Positions 51,401 to 63,658 of a stretch of DNA of 64,000 bases are shown here, piece after piece (the stretch's first letter is position 1; every line of letters begins with the position of its first letter). The stretch is taken from NCBI RefSeq assembly GCF_001194135.2, contig NC_068986.1, positions 1,337,039 through 1,401,038 of the forward strand, given 5' to 3'. The position numbers and the translations under genes are program-made. The DNA is from Octopus bimaculoides (lineage: Eukaryota). The notes beneath the pieces were generated by a model. That model searched no databases and was not told the DNA's origin. It saw only the letters and a program-made list of their open reading frames with translations.

Positions 51401-51839
51401 TCTTGAATTTTAAATTTATCAAACTGTTTCTTCATATAACATACACTTTTGAAATTTCCACCACACACACAGTAATGTTAAATACATCAAAGATATATGC
51501 ATAATTTTTAGTTACCTTATTCTGATGGGTATACTGTATCACCCCTTCATGTTGCAAGAAACAACTAAATAGTTTGACATCCAGAAGGGCATCCAGCCAT
51601 AAAATGCAACCTTAAAAATGTCCTACATACATGTATACCTCCTCACACACACACACATATAGGTATAAAAATATAATTGCACAATACATCTGTACATTAG
51701 TTCCTATACACTGCTAATATACATATATGTTGTAATGTAATGGATGTATGAAATATTGATGCTATTGTTTTATAATCTCCTTTAACATATGTTACTATGT
51801 TCTTTCTTAAAAACACATTCTATTCCTGTTTCTTATTAG

Positions 51840-52007
51840 GAACGATCAGAGCGAACAATACTGGAGGGTAACTTTGATCCTAAGAATTTCTTAGATCAAG
51901 TTCCTGATAAGGATGCTGCTGGGCGAGTCATTCCTCCATGGAAACGGCATGTATTAGCACGGCAGATGGCAGAGAAGGCAAAATCAGAAGAAGAAGAAAA
52001 GAAAAGA
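51840..52007 (+). CDS. ESPN: Espin actin-bundling module exon D (ERSERTILEGNFDPKNFLDQVPDKDAAGRVIPPWKRHVLARQMAEKAKSEEEEKKR)
   Basis: Acceptor tttcttattag|G, donor AGA|gtaaaa; 168 nt, phase 0/0. Resembles the espin/forked segment GRPIPEWKRQVMVRKLQ...EEEE as recalled. Confidence 0.92.
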
Positions 52008-52923
52008 GTAAAATAAGTTTTCAATACTCTGCATGCTTTTTTAAATTCTTTCATGAATCATTTTTGGTTAAATATCTTAATGTCGGAGATGAGATATTAA
52101 TATGATCTTAAAGACAGTAAGTTAGCAGAATTGTTAGCATGCCAGGCAGTGTTTTGTGGCATATCATCCATCTTTACATTCTGATTTCAAATTCCACCCG
52201 CCGAGGTCAACTTTGCTTTTCATCCTTTCAGAGACATTAAATTAAGTACCAGTTAAACACTGGGGTCAATGTGAACAACTGGCCTCCTCCCCACAAATTC
52301 CAGGCTTTGTGCCTATAGTAGAAAGGATTGTTAATGTGATAATGGTTTTTGCTCATCTGCAGAAACAACAAAAGGTTTAATATTTACACCTACATGGCTG
52401 TATCATTATGAAGTTCTTAGAGCCATAGTAGAAAACACTAGCCCAAAGTGCCTGCAAGAACCCTGTGCCAGTACCATGTAAAAAACACTTGTGCTAGCGC
52501 CATATAAATGTACACATGTCAATGCAATGTTAAAAGGACCCAGCACACACTGTAAAGTGGCTGGCATTGGGCAGGGCATCCAGCCATAGAAACCCAGCCA
52601 ACCCAGACTTGAACCTGGTACAGCTCTCCAGTTTACTGGCTCTAGTCGAACTGTCCAACTCATGCCAGCAGGGAAAGCAAATGTTAAATGAAGATGTATG
52701 TATATGTCTGTGTGTGCATGTACGTGTTTGTGTGTTTACCTATCTGTATATATATGTACATTTCTGTGTGTGTGTGTTTGCATGTATTTTGATATTGCAC
52801 AGCTTTGCTTTTCACTGCTGCCTAAGTAAAAATGTTTTATGGTATTCACATTCTTTGTCGACATTATGACCAGCCATTCTGTGCTTTCAAAGTCTAGTGG
52901 AATAAAAGATCCATTACTATGTA

Positions 52924-52955
<32 letters not shown>

Positions 52956-53203
52956 CATTCGAGTGAGATCATTGCCAGTGCCAATGGACTGGCTCCTGTG
53001 CAGGTGGCACATAAAATACACCATTTCGAGCATGACCATCGCCAATACTGCCTGACTGGCCTTCATGCCGGTAGCACGTAAAAGCACCCACTACACTCTC
53101 GGAGTGGTTGGCGTTAATATACAAGAACTTTTGTGGAGTTGATTGCTTAACCATTCTTTTGAGTTATTGTTGCACACTACTCACACTAAATTAGTTTCTT
53201 CAG

Positions 53204-53283
53204 CAGGCAGAAGAAGAAGCCCGTTTTAAAAATGTTCCCGCTTGGAAACGAGCTCTTATGCAGAAGAAATCAGCCGAAAACAA
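53204..53283 (+). CDS. ESPN: Espin actin-bundling module exon E (QAEEEARFKNVPAWKRALMQKKSAEN-)
   Basis: NAGNAG acceptor ttcttcag|cag|, donor AA|gtaagc. Resembles espin [21 protein letters not shown]. Confidence 0.92.
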
Positions 53284-53578
53284 GTAAGCATATACTGCGG
53301 AAATTAAAAAATTCCTTATCTGTTTCTTTAAAAGTTGATTAATTTTCTGTAAAGTAAAAATGTGTTTAACAGAGTTCAGGAAATAAAATTCAACATAGAC
53401 CTGCATTTTTCATCATATTCTATGTATATAATTGAGATCCTTGCTTTTATCTTCCTAAACAACAACGTTGGTTTCTTCTAGAGGATAAAAACATTTTTTG
53501 TTGATTTAGTATACTGTAACTAAATCAGATTAATCTAGTGTTTTATAGCATAATCTTTACCTTTGCTTCTAGCCTTAA

Positions 53579-53778
53579 CCCCTTAGCTTTTAAACTGGCC
53601 TAACTATTATCCCTGTTTTTATGTTCATACCAGCCTCTCACACCTAGCCTTTATTGTCAAGCTCAAAAATATACAATCACATCATTAAAATCTTGAAGCT
53701 ACAAATTAATGCATGATTAATTCAAAACGATGTAAGTAAAGAAGCATTACATTTACAGAATAATCTGAAGCTAAAGGG
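53579..53778. mobile_element. piggyBac-like MITE in the intron between exons E and F
   Basis: TTAA|CCCCTTAGC ... GCTAAAGGG|TTAA: inverted termini with a TTAA duplication on both sides. Confidence 0.75.
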
Positions 53779-54867
53779 TTAAATATTTACAGGAAGACGA
53801 AACACATTTATTTACATGTAACACGTAGTTGTTTCTTTAGCTTGATATAGCAGTCTTATGATCAGTGATGTTCTGGTGATGACCACCTTATCTTTTTTTC
53901 CGGGCACACCTTATCTAGAACTTCATTATCTAATATTTCTCTTTCTTTTCTGAATATAGTAGGGTGTGATTTGAAGGAGATTTAGTTGTTATTGTTAGCA
54001 GCTCACAAAATCAATTTGAGGCAATCTTGTTGATTTGTAATAAAATACCTTGTGGTGCTGAAACGAATTTATATTACTGATCCCCTTTGTAACTGTTTTT
54101 AATCTCCATATAAAATTTACTGAAATTAAAGAAGCAATATGGTTTTCAAGCACAATAAATAGTGTTTCATTGTAAAAATTTGCTAGCTGGGTCTAGCAAA
54201 AGACCATCTCAGTTTTCATTTTTTTAATGTTAAAACAATATTGAATGCGTCAGTTATGTAAAAGCAATATAATCCATAATAAGCACAGGTGTCAATAAAT
54301 AGACATTCATTTGGTTTCAAGTTCAGCCGCATAGCACAGTACTTTATGCAAGTGTCTTCTACAACAGCCTCAGGCCAACCATTGCTTTGTGAGTGAATTT
54401 GGTGGATGGAATCTGTACAAAACCCATTGTGTGTGTGTGTGTCTCAAATAGCAGCTTTGTTGTATTTTGAGCCTGAATGATTGCCTAAAAATACACAGCA
54501 CACTATACAAGCTTGTTCAACCATTGTATTTTCTGAGGTATGAAATTAATAGTAGCTCACATTTAAATCTTTTGTATATTGAAGGATATATGTAAATATT
54601 TATATTCTGCACATTGCGTGAGATATCATTCAGCTATGGTTGGTAATGTTTGTAACATTTCCTTCTCAACAACTCATCCAATAGCTCAGTGCTTTTGAAT
54701 GAAAACTCCCTTACTTAAAAGGGTTAGTGACAGGTAGATCATTCATCTGTAAAACAACACCTTAACTATATGTATTTGTCTAACCCATACTAGCTTGGAA
54801 AACACATGTAAAATTTCTTGAAACAAATATTAATTTTTTTTTTTTTCTGTGGTTGTTGTCTTTTCAG

Positions 54868-54994
54868 AGCTTCTCAAATTCAAAAGGAGACCAAATCACA
54901 ACTCTTTGCAGCACCCAAAGTAGCCTCTCGTGGTGTAGTTAATGGAGAAGGCAACATGATACCTCCTTGGCAAAATGATTTGAAGGGAAAATAA
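54868..54994 (+). CDS. ESPN: Espin-like terminal coding exon F (KASQIQKETKSQLFAAPKVASRGVVNGEGNMIPPWQNDLKGK*)
   Basis: Acceptor gtcttttcag|A in phase 2 (AA+A=Lys); IPPWQ resembles the espin C-terminal LAPWQ; TAA at 54992-54994. Confidence 0.88.
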
Positions 54995-57283
54995 GCTAGA
55001 TGGTTTGTCTGTTAAATAATATTCAATAGTACCACAGATGCTTTGGTACACCCCCAACCCCCATTGTGTTCTTGTATTGATACATGGTACCATAGAAGCT
55101 CAGGGACAGCTTAATTAACTATTCACACCTGGCTATGCTACATAGGCTTAACAACCATAGATATTAACTAAAAATGGACAGGTATATGATTTAAATGCAC
55201 AAATTAATGCATTTAATACATTTATTTGACGTTATATATTTCATCAGAACATAACTCTACATTTATCCCATTTTTTTGTTATATGGCAAAGGTTTTTTTT
55301 TAATCTTCTGCGAACCTTATTTTGTTCTTCTTTATCTTGATATATAAAATTATACAAATTTAATAATCTTCATTTGACTTAATTGATTTTGGAACTGCAC
55401 ATTTTAGTCAAGTTTAATTTATATATCTAAACAAAATTTTGGTGAGTTTTTTTCTTTTAATTCAAATGCTTTAAAGAAAAACCAACATTGGTGATCTCTA
55501 TACATTTTTTTTTTTTCAAAACACAAGAAAAAATATTTCAACACAATTGACAAGACAAAGAATTTTATTTTTTATGAAATTTTAAAAAAGAAATTATAAT
55601 TACTAACTGAAGAAAAATACTCTGCACGACTTATTTTATTCTTTTCTTTTCCTGTCAAATTAAAGAACTGAGATGAAAGATATAATTCTTCAAATGGCTA
55701 GGTGACATTTTGAAGATGGAAAGTGGGATTTGTCTGTAAAAAAAAAAATTGAAATACCATTTCCTTCATTTCAAGATTGATAGCATAACTGGGCTGTTAC
55801 TAAGACTTGATTTCATTGAATGAATTATAAAGTCTTTTGGTATTTATGACTTTAAAATGACAAAACAATGGTGAAAGGAAAATAATACAAACAAAGGAAT
55901 TCTTAATTTACTTTATAAAAATATAATGTATTAACATAATTTTTTTAAAAAAAAGGTGATTAATTAATTATGAAAATATTTATTTGTAACAAATTAAAAC
56001 AATAATTATCTTTAAATAATTCTCCAAGAGATAACATTTTCATGACTTCAGACAACAGTATCTGGTGATTGGATAAGTTATATGAATAGCCTGATCGATT
56101 CCGATATTAACTTATTTCTACTAGATCATTTTCTAGTATTTATTAAACTTATATTTATTAAACTTATACTATATCCAGTGATATTTCAAAGACTTGTATT
56201 ACAATCAACTTATATAAATATAATTTTTTTCTTTATATTATCATTAAGGAATTTAAAACACTTGCAATAGTTTTTTTTTTTTTTTACCTTACAAGACATA
56301 ATAGTCAACTGCTCTGAGAAAAATACAAGGATATTGACTAGAATAAAGTACTTGAAATTGAATATTGAGCTAAAGCAATTCATTTAAATTATGTGATAAT
56401 GCCAAATTAATTTGAGGATCATATCCAGACTATTGGAATAGTTTGGTGACATTGTTTTAGCCAGCTAGTTCCAGGAAAACATAAATGGGTAACATTTTAG
56501 TGAGTTTAACTTATGTATTATATATATTTCTCATTAGAGATATTCCAGTTCTTTTTGTTAATTATCAAGGAAATAGGTAACTTCTTAAAGTTATCTAAAA
56601 CTGAAAAACAAACGACTTAGTATGAGTGAGTATTTGTGTGTGTGTGTGTGTGTGAGTATCTGTGTGTGTGTGTGTAGGCAGTAGTGACTGGAGGATATGA
56701 AGTGCAGAAACCATGGAATAATGCAATGGAACTCCCATTACATATACATATATATATAGTGCTGAAAAGAGAGGAACATAATAATTGCACTTTATAAGAC
56801 AGTCACCATTGATATTACATTATTAATTAATCAATTTAATTTCCACTCTATGGAAAGGTTTGTTATATTCACGTAAATATTATAGGACTGAATGAGAGAC
56901 TGAGTGAGAGACATGTTCAGTGTTATGTGCGTGAGTGGTTGTAGTGTCAGCCAAATAAACACAATGATAAGTACTACAGATCCAATTGTAAACATGTTCT
57001 CTTTGCTACTAATACTGTGGCTACCGATATATGACTAAACCCAAGCTTACATAAACTATTATGCCACCACTAGTTTCATCTAAATTTATTTTAAAAAATA
57101 TTAATATTTTTGATTTTTTTGAGAGTTGTTTCTCAATCCTTGTTGTTTTGTTATGTTATTATTATTATTATTATTAACAAATGATTTGTTTTTGTTATTT
57201 CTTTTAGAACGTTTCTAATAGTCCTGCTGTATCCCAAAATTGAACATATGTTATTACCACTGTAGCTTAATGTTTTATCACTC

Positions 57284-57289
57284 AATAAA
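57284..57289 (+). promoter_or_regulatory. Candidate distal polyadenylation signal (about 2.3 kb 3' UTR)
   Basis: AATAAA with GU/U-rich downstream (tattttcgttgtttt), at the end of a repeat-poor stretch just before repeats resume at about 57340. Confidence 0.35.
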
Positions 57290-57717
57290 AGTTATTCAAA
57301 TATTTTCGTTGTTTTAAAGCTCATTCATTATACAAATTGTATATTTTTAACTTTCATGTTGCCTCTTGGCAGCAGTTAAACTTCATCACAATTGGTTTAA
57401 CATCAAGTTTCCCATTCTTGCTGCATAGGTCAGATGAAATTTTGCTCAACCAGATTTTTCTACAGCTGGATGCTCTTCCTGTTGCCAACCCTCACTTGTT
57501 TCCAGGATGGATAATATTTCCCCAAGTCCTTTGAACAATGAACAGCTCAGTGTACTAGGTTGATGCTCTGTATGAGATTAAAAAAAAAGAGTGGGTGTAT
57601 GTTTCAAGCATAGTTCTGTGTCTGAAAAATGAGAGAGGAAAGATCCTCTTGTCTGATTTGGCATGGTTTCTATGGCTGGATGCCCTTCCCAGTGCCAACC
57701 ACTTTAAAGAATGTGCT

Positions 57718-57915
57718 ATGTACTTATGTGGCACTGCAAGGGCACTTTTACATGACACCACACAGGCACTTTTAAGTGGCACTGCATGGGTACTTTTATG
57801 TGGAACACACACAGGCGCTTTTGCATGTCGTCACACTGATGTTATTATGTGACATCGCATGGGTGCTTTTGCATGTCACTGCATGGGCACTTTTATGTTG
57901 CACCACCAAGAGTGC
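57718..57915. repeat. Minisatellite, about 24-27-nt unit (gggcacttttatgtggcactgcat), amplified from a family C internal motif
   Basis: About 7 copies continuing directly from a family C copy. Confidence 0.7.
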
Positions 57916-58209
57916 TTTACACTATCAGAAGGATCAGTGTTAACACTTCTGCTGTGGGGTATGGGTCTTCTTGAGTACAGCCAGGCATCAGGTATCTCAG
58001 TGCTTTGTCATCTTGCCTGAAACGTTCAGCTTCCTGAGGTCATGCTTCAGGTACTTCATCCCATGTCTTCTTGGCCATACCTCCTCATACGAATACATAT
58101 ATATATATATGTATTTGTGGTTATAATACATACCTCATATATTTATAGTAAATACAATATTTGAAGTAAATTCAAGTATCTTAATTTTCTCATAAAAATT
58201 GTTGCTGCT

Positions 58210-58451
58210 TTGGTGGCCCAGTTGGTAAGGGTGCTTAAAAGTAGTAACAAGACACTAGCAGAGGTTTCTAATCTCTGCCAGGAATTACAGTGGGGTCTTA
58301 TTAAACATTTTCATTTTTTATCTCTGGAGATAAAAAAAAAAAATGAAAAATTTTAGTAAGACCCCTTAATGCAGGCCCTGGGTAGGATTGAACCCTGCCC
58401 AGGATGTTCAATGTGTCGGACTAATTATGTCTCTACCCACGAGACCACCAA
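58210..58451. other. Fold-back element: two convergent tRNA-like heads around a central hairpin
   Basis: Left arm TGGCCCAGTTGG...GGTTTCTAATC (+); right arm TGGTCTCGTGGG...GGTTCAATCC (-); central inverted repeat 58292-58365. Confidence 0.6.
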
Positions 58452-60052
58452 GACACCCAACATTAATGTAGTAAATTAAGAGATATTTAAATCTATCATA
58501 ACAAAAGATAAAAAACAAAAACTCTCTCATCACAGCTGTAGCTCAGTAATTAATCCCAAATTGGGGACCTGTTTAGATGCCTTTGTAGGTAAGGACATTG
58601 ATTAGTAAGTAGGGATTTAATGCACTGGGAGAAGGTTTCAATCTGTACCTCTCCCAAGGAATTACAAGAGCAGTGGAGTGCAGGGAGTAAATACATTATT
58701 TTTTTTTAAATTTCAAATTTTGTCTTGTTATTGTATTTATTCTTCCTGTTTCTCCTCTACTAGATCCTTAACTTCTTTACCCAATGCAATCTCTCTCAGA
58801 ATTTATTTTCTGGAATTCACTTCCAGTGACAGATGTTTGCTGCAGACATTCAAAGTGAACAGCAGTTACATCATTCTCATCAGATTTGGAAGACCTTCAT
58901 AAATTATCATCATCATCTTTTAACATCCACTTTTCCATGCTTGCATGGATTGGAGAGAATTTGTTAATGCAGATTTTCTACAGCTGGATGCCTATCCTAT
59001 CACCAACCCTCACCTATTTTCAAGTAAGATAATATTTACCATGAAACACATGTTTTTACAGAAGACTGGAAATAACGGATACTGCTTGCATGATGGTGAC
59101 ATTTGTTTTACAACTCTCATGTGAAGTCAAGGAGATACACACAAATACCACAATAGGCCTCTTTCAGTTTCTGTCTATCAAGTCCACTTACGGGCTTTTG
59201 TCAGCTTGGAGCCATAGTAGAATACATTTGCCCAAGGTGCCATTTGGTGGGACTGAACTTAAGACATTGTGGTTGGGAAGCAAACATCTTACAATATCTG
59301 CACCTGCAAATTATATATAAAAAGAAAACATGAGCAGTAGTAGAGAGATGTTTTGCATTTCTTTTTTCAGACCTATCTAGCATCATTCAGCAGAGAGAGA
59401 GAAGTGAGTCACAAGAGAATTTTTTGCTTTTATGATGCAAAAGAGTTTATCCATGTTGTCAGGAAAAGTAAGGGGGGGGGGAGAGGGATAACATAAACGG
59501 ATGGACTTCCAGAAATTGGGAATACTATACAATATCATGCAATATACTGGAGTCTGTATTGAGCAAAACAAACCTAGTTTATGAAGTTGATTAATTTGCA
59601 TACATTGTGTTAAAAAACAGTTTTGTTCTTTACTGTTTTTTTATGTAGATTCATAAAGATTAAACAAATTCTGCTTTAGAATTGCATTAATTTGTACCTA
59701 TGTCTCTACAATAAAACCATGATCTTTACTTTTCTTTGTTTAATTTTTCATCCTATTGTATGCACAGTATGACTTATTTTAAGAATTTCAAGCAGATTAA
59801 TAAATATTTAACAGACCCTGCTTTAGAAATGCATTAATTCAAATCCATCATGTAAAATTTAGCTGCTTACTTTTCATAGTTTATTTTATATTTTAAGTAT
59901 ATATTTAGGCTGTTTTCAGAAAACTGGAAAATCCAGTCCACTTCTGGTCACAAATTTGCTGGATATTTTGGTGTGGCTTTGTACAATGGTTGTGATGAAG
60001 ACAATAAGACTCAATAAAAAATTCATAAATACTTTATTACAAGAGAAAAAAA

Positions 60053-60165
60053 TTAATGTTTCTTCAGAGGTTTTTCATAATGTACGTTGTATTTCAGATA
60101 TTTATATGGAGGTTTATAGTTTGGTTTTCCATCTGGTCCGGGGGGAGCCAAGCTTCGAAGCAAAC
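60053..60165 (-). CDS. MRPS18A: MRPS18A terminal coding exon (GLLRSLAPPGPDGKPNYKPPYKYLKYNVHYEKPLKKH*)
   Basis: Acceptor tttcatttctacag|GT; phase 1 matches the 63535 donor, giving RAG-LL. TAA at 60055-60053; AATAAA on - at 60038-60033. Confidence 0.85.
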
Positions 60166-61011
60166 CTGTAGAAATGAAACAGTGATTTGAAATGATGAAA
60201 TTTTATAATTTCAGAACAGACAGTAATCTCTTAAGAAATGTTTACAAATGAAATATATATATATGCAAGCAATTAATTTTGTAACTGAACGAATTTGAAT
60301 AGATAAACTGGTGTAATAGTGAAGCAGAAACCCGTGTCCATAGCTCTCCTCTTGGTTTATATAAATAAATACATACATAAAAGACTGGTCTTTTATTTAT
60401 TGGCATGTCAATTTCAGAGAAATTCTTGAGTCTTGAGACTGCCTCACCTTCTCATTTGGAGTTGGTCACAATTGCCACCAGGAGTTTGTTTATCTTCTCT
60501 CAAAGTGAAAATAATTTCAATCTCTTTGTATTTGTTCAACACATGCATTTCATCATTGTGGATGTTTGGAATCCTGCATAAGCATTGGATGCTTAACCAC
60601 AATGGATCATTAGTGAATACACTATTGCACCCAAAAAGATGAATGGTAAAGTCAATCTCTGCTGAATTTGAACTCAGAATGTAGCGGCAGACGAAATACC
60701 ACTAAGCATTTCGCCTGGCATGGTAATGTTTCTGCCAGCTCGCTGCCTTATCACAGGCTCCAACCTGTTCTGGCAAGGTTTCTACAGCTGGATGACCTTC
60801 CTAATGCCAACCACTCTGAGAGTGTAGTGGGTGCTTTTACGTGCCACCGGCACAGGGTCCAGTTAGGCAGCACTAGCATCTATATATATATATATATATA
60901 TACTTTTATTGTTTTCATTTACTTGTCTCAGTCAATTGACTGTGTCCATGCTGGAGCACTGCCTTTTAGTTGAAGAAACCCGACCCCTGGACTTATTTTT
61001 TGTAAGCCTGG

Positions 61012-61325
61012 NNNNNNNNNNNNNNNNNNNNNNNNNNNNNNNNNNNNNNNNNNNNNNNNNNNNNNNNNNNNNNNNNNNNNNNNNNNNNNNNNNNNNNNNN
61101 NNNNNNNNNNNNNNNNNNNNNNNNNNNNNNNNNNNNNNNNNNNNNNNNNNNNNNNNNNNNNNNNNNNNNNNNNNNNNNNNNNNNNNNNNNNNNNNNNNNN
61201 NNNNNNNNNNNNNNNNNNNNNNNNNNNNNNNNNNNNNNNNNNNNNNNNNNNNNNNNNNNNNNNNNNNNNNNNNNNNNNNNNNNNNNNNNNNNNNNNNNNN
61301 NNNNNNNNNNNNNNNNNNNNNNNNN
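61012..61325. other. Assembly gap (N run) inside a minus-strand family A SINE, in the MRPS18A intron
   Basis: N run; SINE sequence on both sides. Confidence 1.
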
Positions 61326-61455
61326 ATCCACTCACAAGGCTTTGGTTGGCCTGTGGCTATAGCAGAAGACACTTGCCCAAGGTGCCACACAGTGGGACTG
61401 AACTCGGTACCATGTGGTTGGGAAGCAAGCTTCTTACCACACAACCATGCCTGTG

Positions 61456-61494
<39 letters not shown>

Positions 61495-61950
61495 TTCGTC
61501 TGTAAAATAGTTGTCATTAGCAAGGACATCCAACTGTACAAACCATGCCAAACAGACTTTGCCAGTGCTGGTGCCACATAAAAAGTGCCCAGTCCACTCT
61601 GTAAAGTGGTTGATATTAAGAAAGGCATCAAGCTGCAAAACCCGTGCCAAAACAGACAGTGGAGTTCGGTGCAGTCCTCTGGCTTACCAGCACCTGCCAA
61701 ACTGTCCAACTCATGGCCACCACAGAAGACAAACATCAAATGATGATCTATATAAAGAATTTTAATTTCTAAGAAGTACTCTGGTTTCCAGTTTACAAAC
61801 TGGTAGATTTAAAGTGTTCCCTAATGATCTGTTGTGGTAAAGAATTCAATTGCACTTAGAACATCCAGTGCTGTCATTCCAAACAATCACAATGGTGAAA
61901 CATACATAGAAACTAATGACATAAACTTGGGTATAATTCTCATACATATA

Positions 61951-62176
61951 CAAGGTTGGCCAAAAGTCACTCGACAGTAAATCAAAATCCCATAAATACT
62001 TAATATTCGATTTTATTTATTCATTCCAATTATGAATGCTGTGAGTTAAAATCACCATTTTTTTCTTTCAACATTTGTCTATTTATTAGCGAAGTCTCAT
62101 ATAAAATTATTCTTTGTTTTAATCTTGGAATTAATTGGGTTCTGATTTACCGTCAGGTGACTTTTGGCCAACCCTG
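61951..62176. mobile_element. Tc1/mariner-type MITE with about 43-bp TIRs
   Basis: TA|caaggttggccaaaagtcactcgacagtaaatc ... gatttaccgtcaggtgacttttggccaaccctg. Confidence 0.8.
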
Positions 62177-62187
62177 CATATATATAC

Positions 62188-62237
<50 letters not shown>

Positions 62238-62821
62238 TTGGTCTGTAAAATGGTTGGCATTAGGAAGGGTATCCAACTGTGAAAACCATGCTAAACAGAT
62301 CTTACTAGTGTTTGCATAAAACGTGCCCAGTCCACTCTGTAAAGTGGTTGGCATGAGGAAGGACATCTAGCCATGAAAGCCATACCAAAACAGACCTCGG
62401 TGTTGCTGGTGGCATGTAAAAACCATTGGTGTATATATCAAGAATTTTAATTTACAAACTGGTAGATTTATAACAATGGTGTTAGTAGTAACAACCTGCC
62501 CAACTCATACCAATAAGGAAAGCAGACATGAAATAATGATAAGGTAATAAATAATGATGAAGGTGATAGCAAGAGTGATGTTGATTATTTCTGGTCAAGA
62601 AAAGTAGAAGAGACTGAGCAAGTACAGTGATAACTAGGGACATGTTCCAGTCTCATCAGACCTCCTCAGTGAAGCACAGTTTTATCAATACTTGCAGGAT
62701 CTTCGATGACTGAGAAAATTTATAACGATTTTGAACAAATGAAACGAACAGATGTGATGTGTTATGATATCCAAAGACTAGCATTTTAGCCAAAATCAAG
62801 TTCTTCTACCACTATATATAT

Positions 62822-62977
62822 AGTTAGGAAGGGCATCCAGCTGTAGAAACTCTGCCAAATCAGACTGGAGCCTGGTGTTGCCATCCGGTTTCACCAGTCC
62901 TCAGTCAAATCGTCCAACCCATGCTAGCATGGAAAGCGGACGTTAAACGATGATGATGATGATGATGATGATGATGA
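62822..62977 (+). mobile_element. High-copy LINE/SINE 3' tail element ending in (GAT)n, family C
   Basis: aggaagggcatccagctgtagaaactctgccaaatcagactgg..catgctagcatggaaagcggacgttaaac(gat)n. Further copies at about 3100-3325, 13510-13730, 15900-16250, 17365-17590, 52440-52700, 57340-57540, 57640-57720, 58905-59110, 60770-60880, 61495-61750. Confidence 0.8.
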
Positions 62978-63534
62978 TATATACACCTTCAATATTTATT
63001 TCAGAGTTATCTCCCCTACTCTTCTTCCGAACCACAATTGATCATTAAGCAAATGTTTTTCTTCCTTACAATTATTTTAATAAATGAATTCTTTGACTCA
63101 CTACATTAGGTTTGTTAACATATTTTATATACCTCAAGCCACCTAGCTGCTAGCAACAAGGCACAAGAGTGTAGTACACAGAGCCTCCTGCTCCAGTCAC
63201 CAGCTAGGGATTTTACTTTTTTACTTAATACAAAGCTGATAGCAACTGGCAGCAAATCATTAAGTATGTCAGTCACCATTGTCTTAGATGGACTGAATTA
63301 TATAGAATAAATATCTGTCAATAGGAGGCATCAGGTCTGGAATATTAACTGTAATAAAACAAAATTCTGTCCAGGAGGAAATATTATCCTCCCCGGCTTA
63401 ATGCTACAGAAACTATCATGAGATACCAATCGAATGGAAGATTTTAAATGGATTAACTTTAGTTATTTCCAAACAAACCAATGTACCTAGAATGAAGTGG
63501 AAAGTATCATTTAGAAGACGAATTTCAACATTAC

Positions 63535-63658
63535 CTGCTCTGGTTGCAAAGTTGACAAGCATGTTCATGTGTTTGTGTTGGCGATTACATAGCTTGGTCA
63601 CATGCTGAGGTAACAGTTTACCAAAAGCATCAACAAACTGACTAACAATTAGTACATC
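63535..63658 (-). CDS. MRPS18A: Mitochondrial ribosomal protein S18A (mL66), internal exon (DVLIVSQFVDAFGKLLPQHVTKLCNRQHKHMNMLVNFATRA-G)
   Basis: Strong minus-strand acceptor ttctcctcttttcctctccag|GAT, donor GCAG|gtaatg; 124 nt, phase 0/1. Matches the recalled bS18 core of MRPS18A (DVLLLSQFI..G.MLPR..TGLC...H.....VKMAHRAG). Confidence 0.9.

Noticed and set aside
52008-53287. Stops immediately after donors (GTA AAA TAA at 52008; AAG TAA at 53282; AGG TAG at 29683) as designed truncation switches
   Set aside because: A GTAA or GTAG donor in phase 2 gives a stop automatically, and stops are expected quickly in AT-rich introns.
63416-63601. ORF-track peptide MTKLCNRQ... as a stand-alone gene
   Set aside because: It is part of the MRPS18A exon read on into the intron past the 63535 donor.
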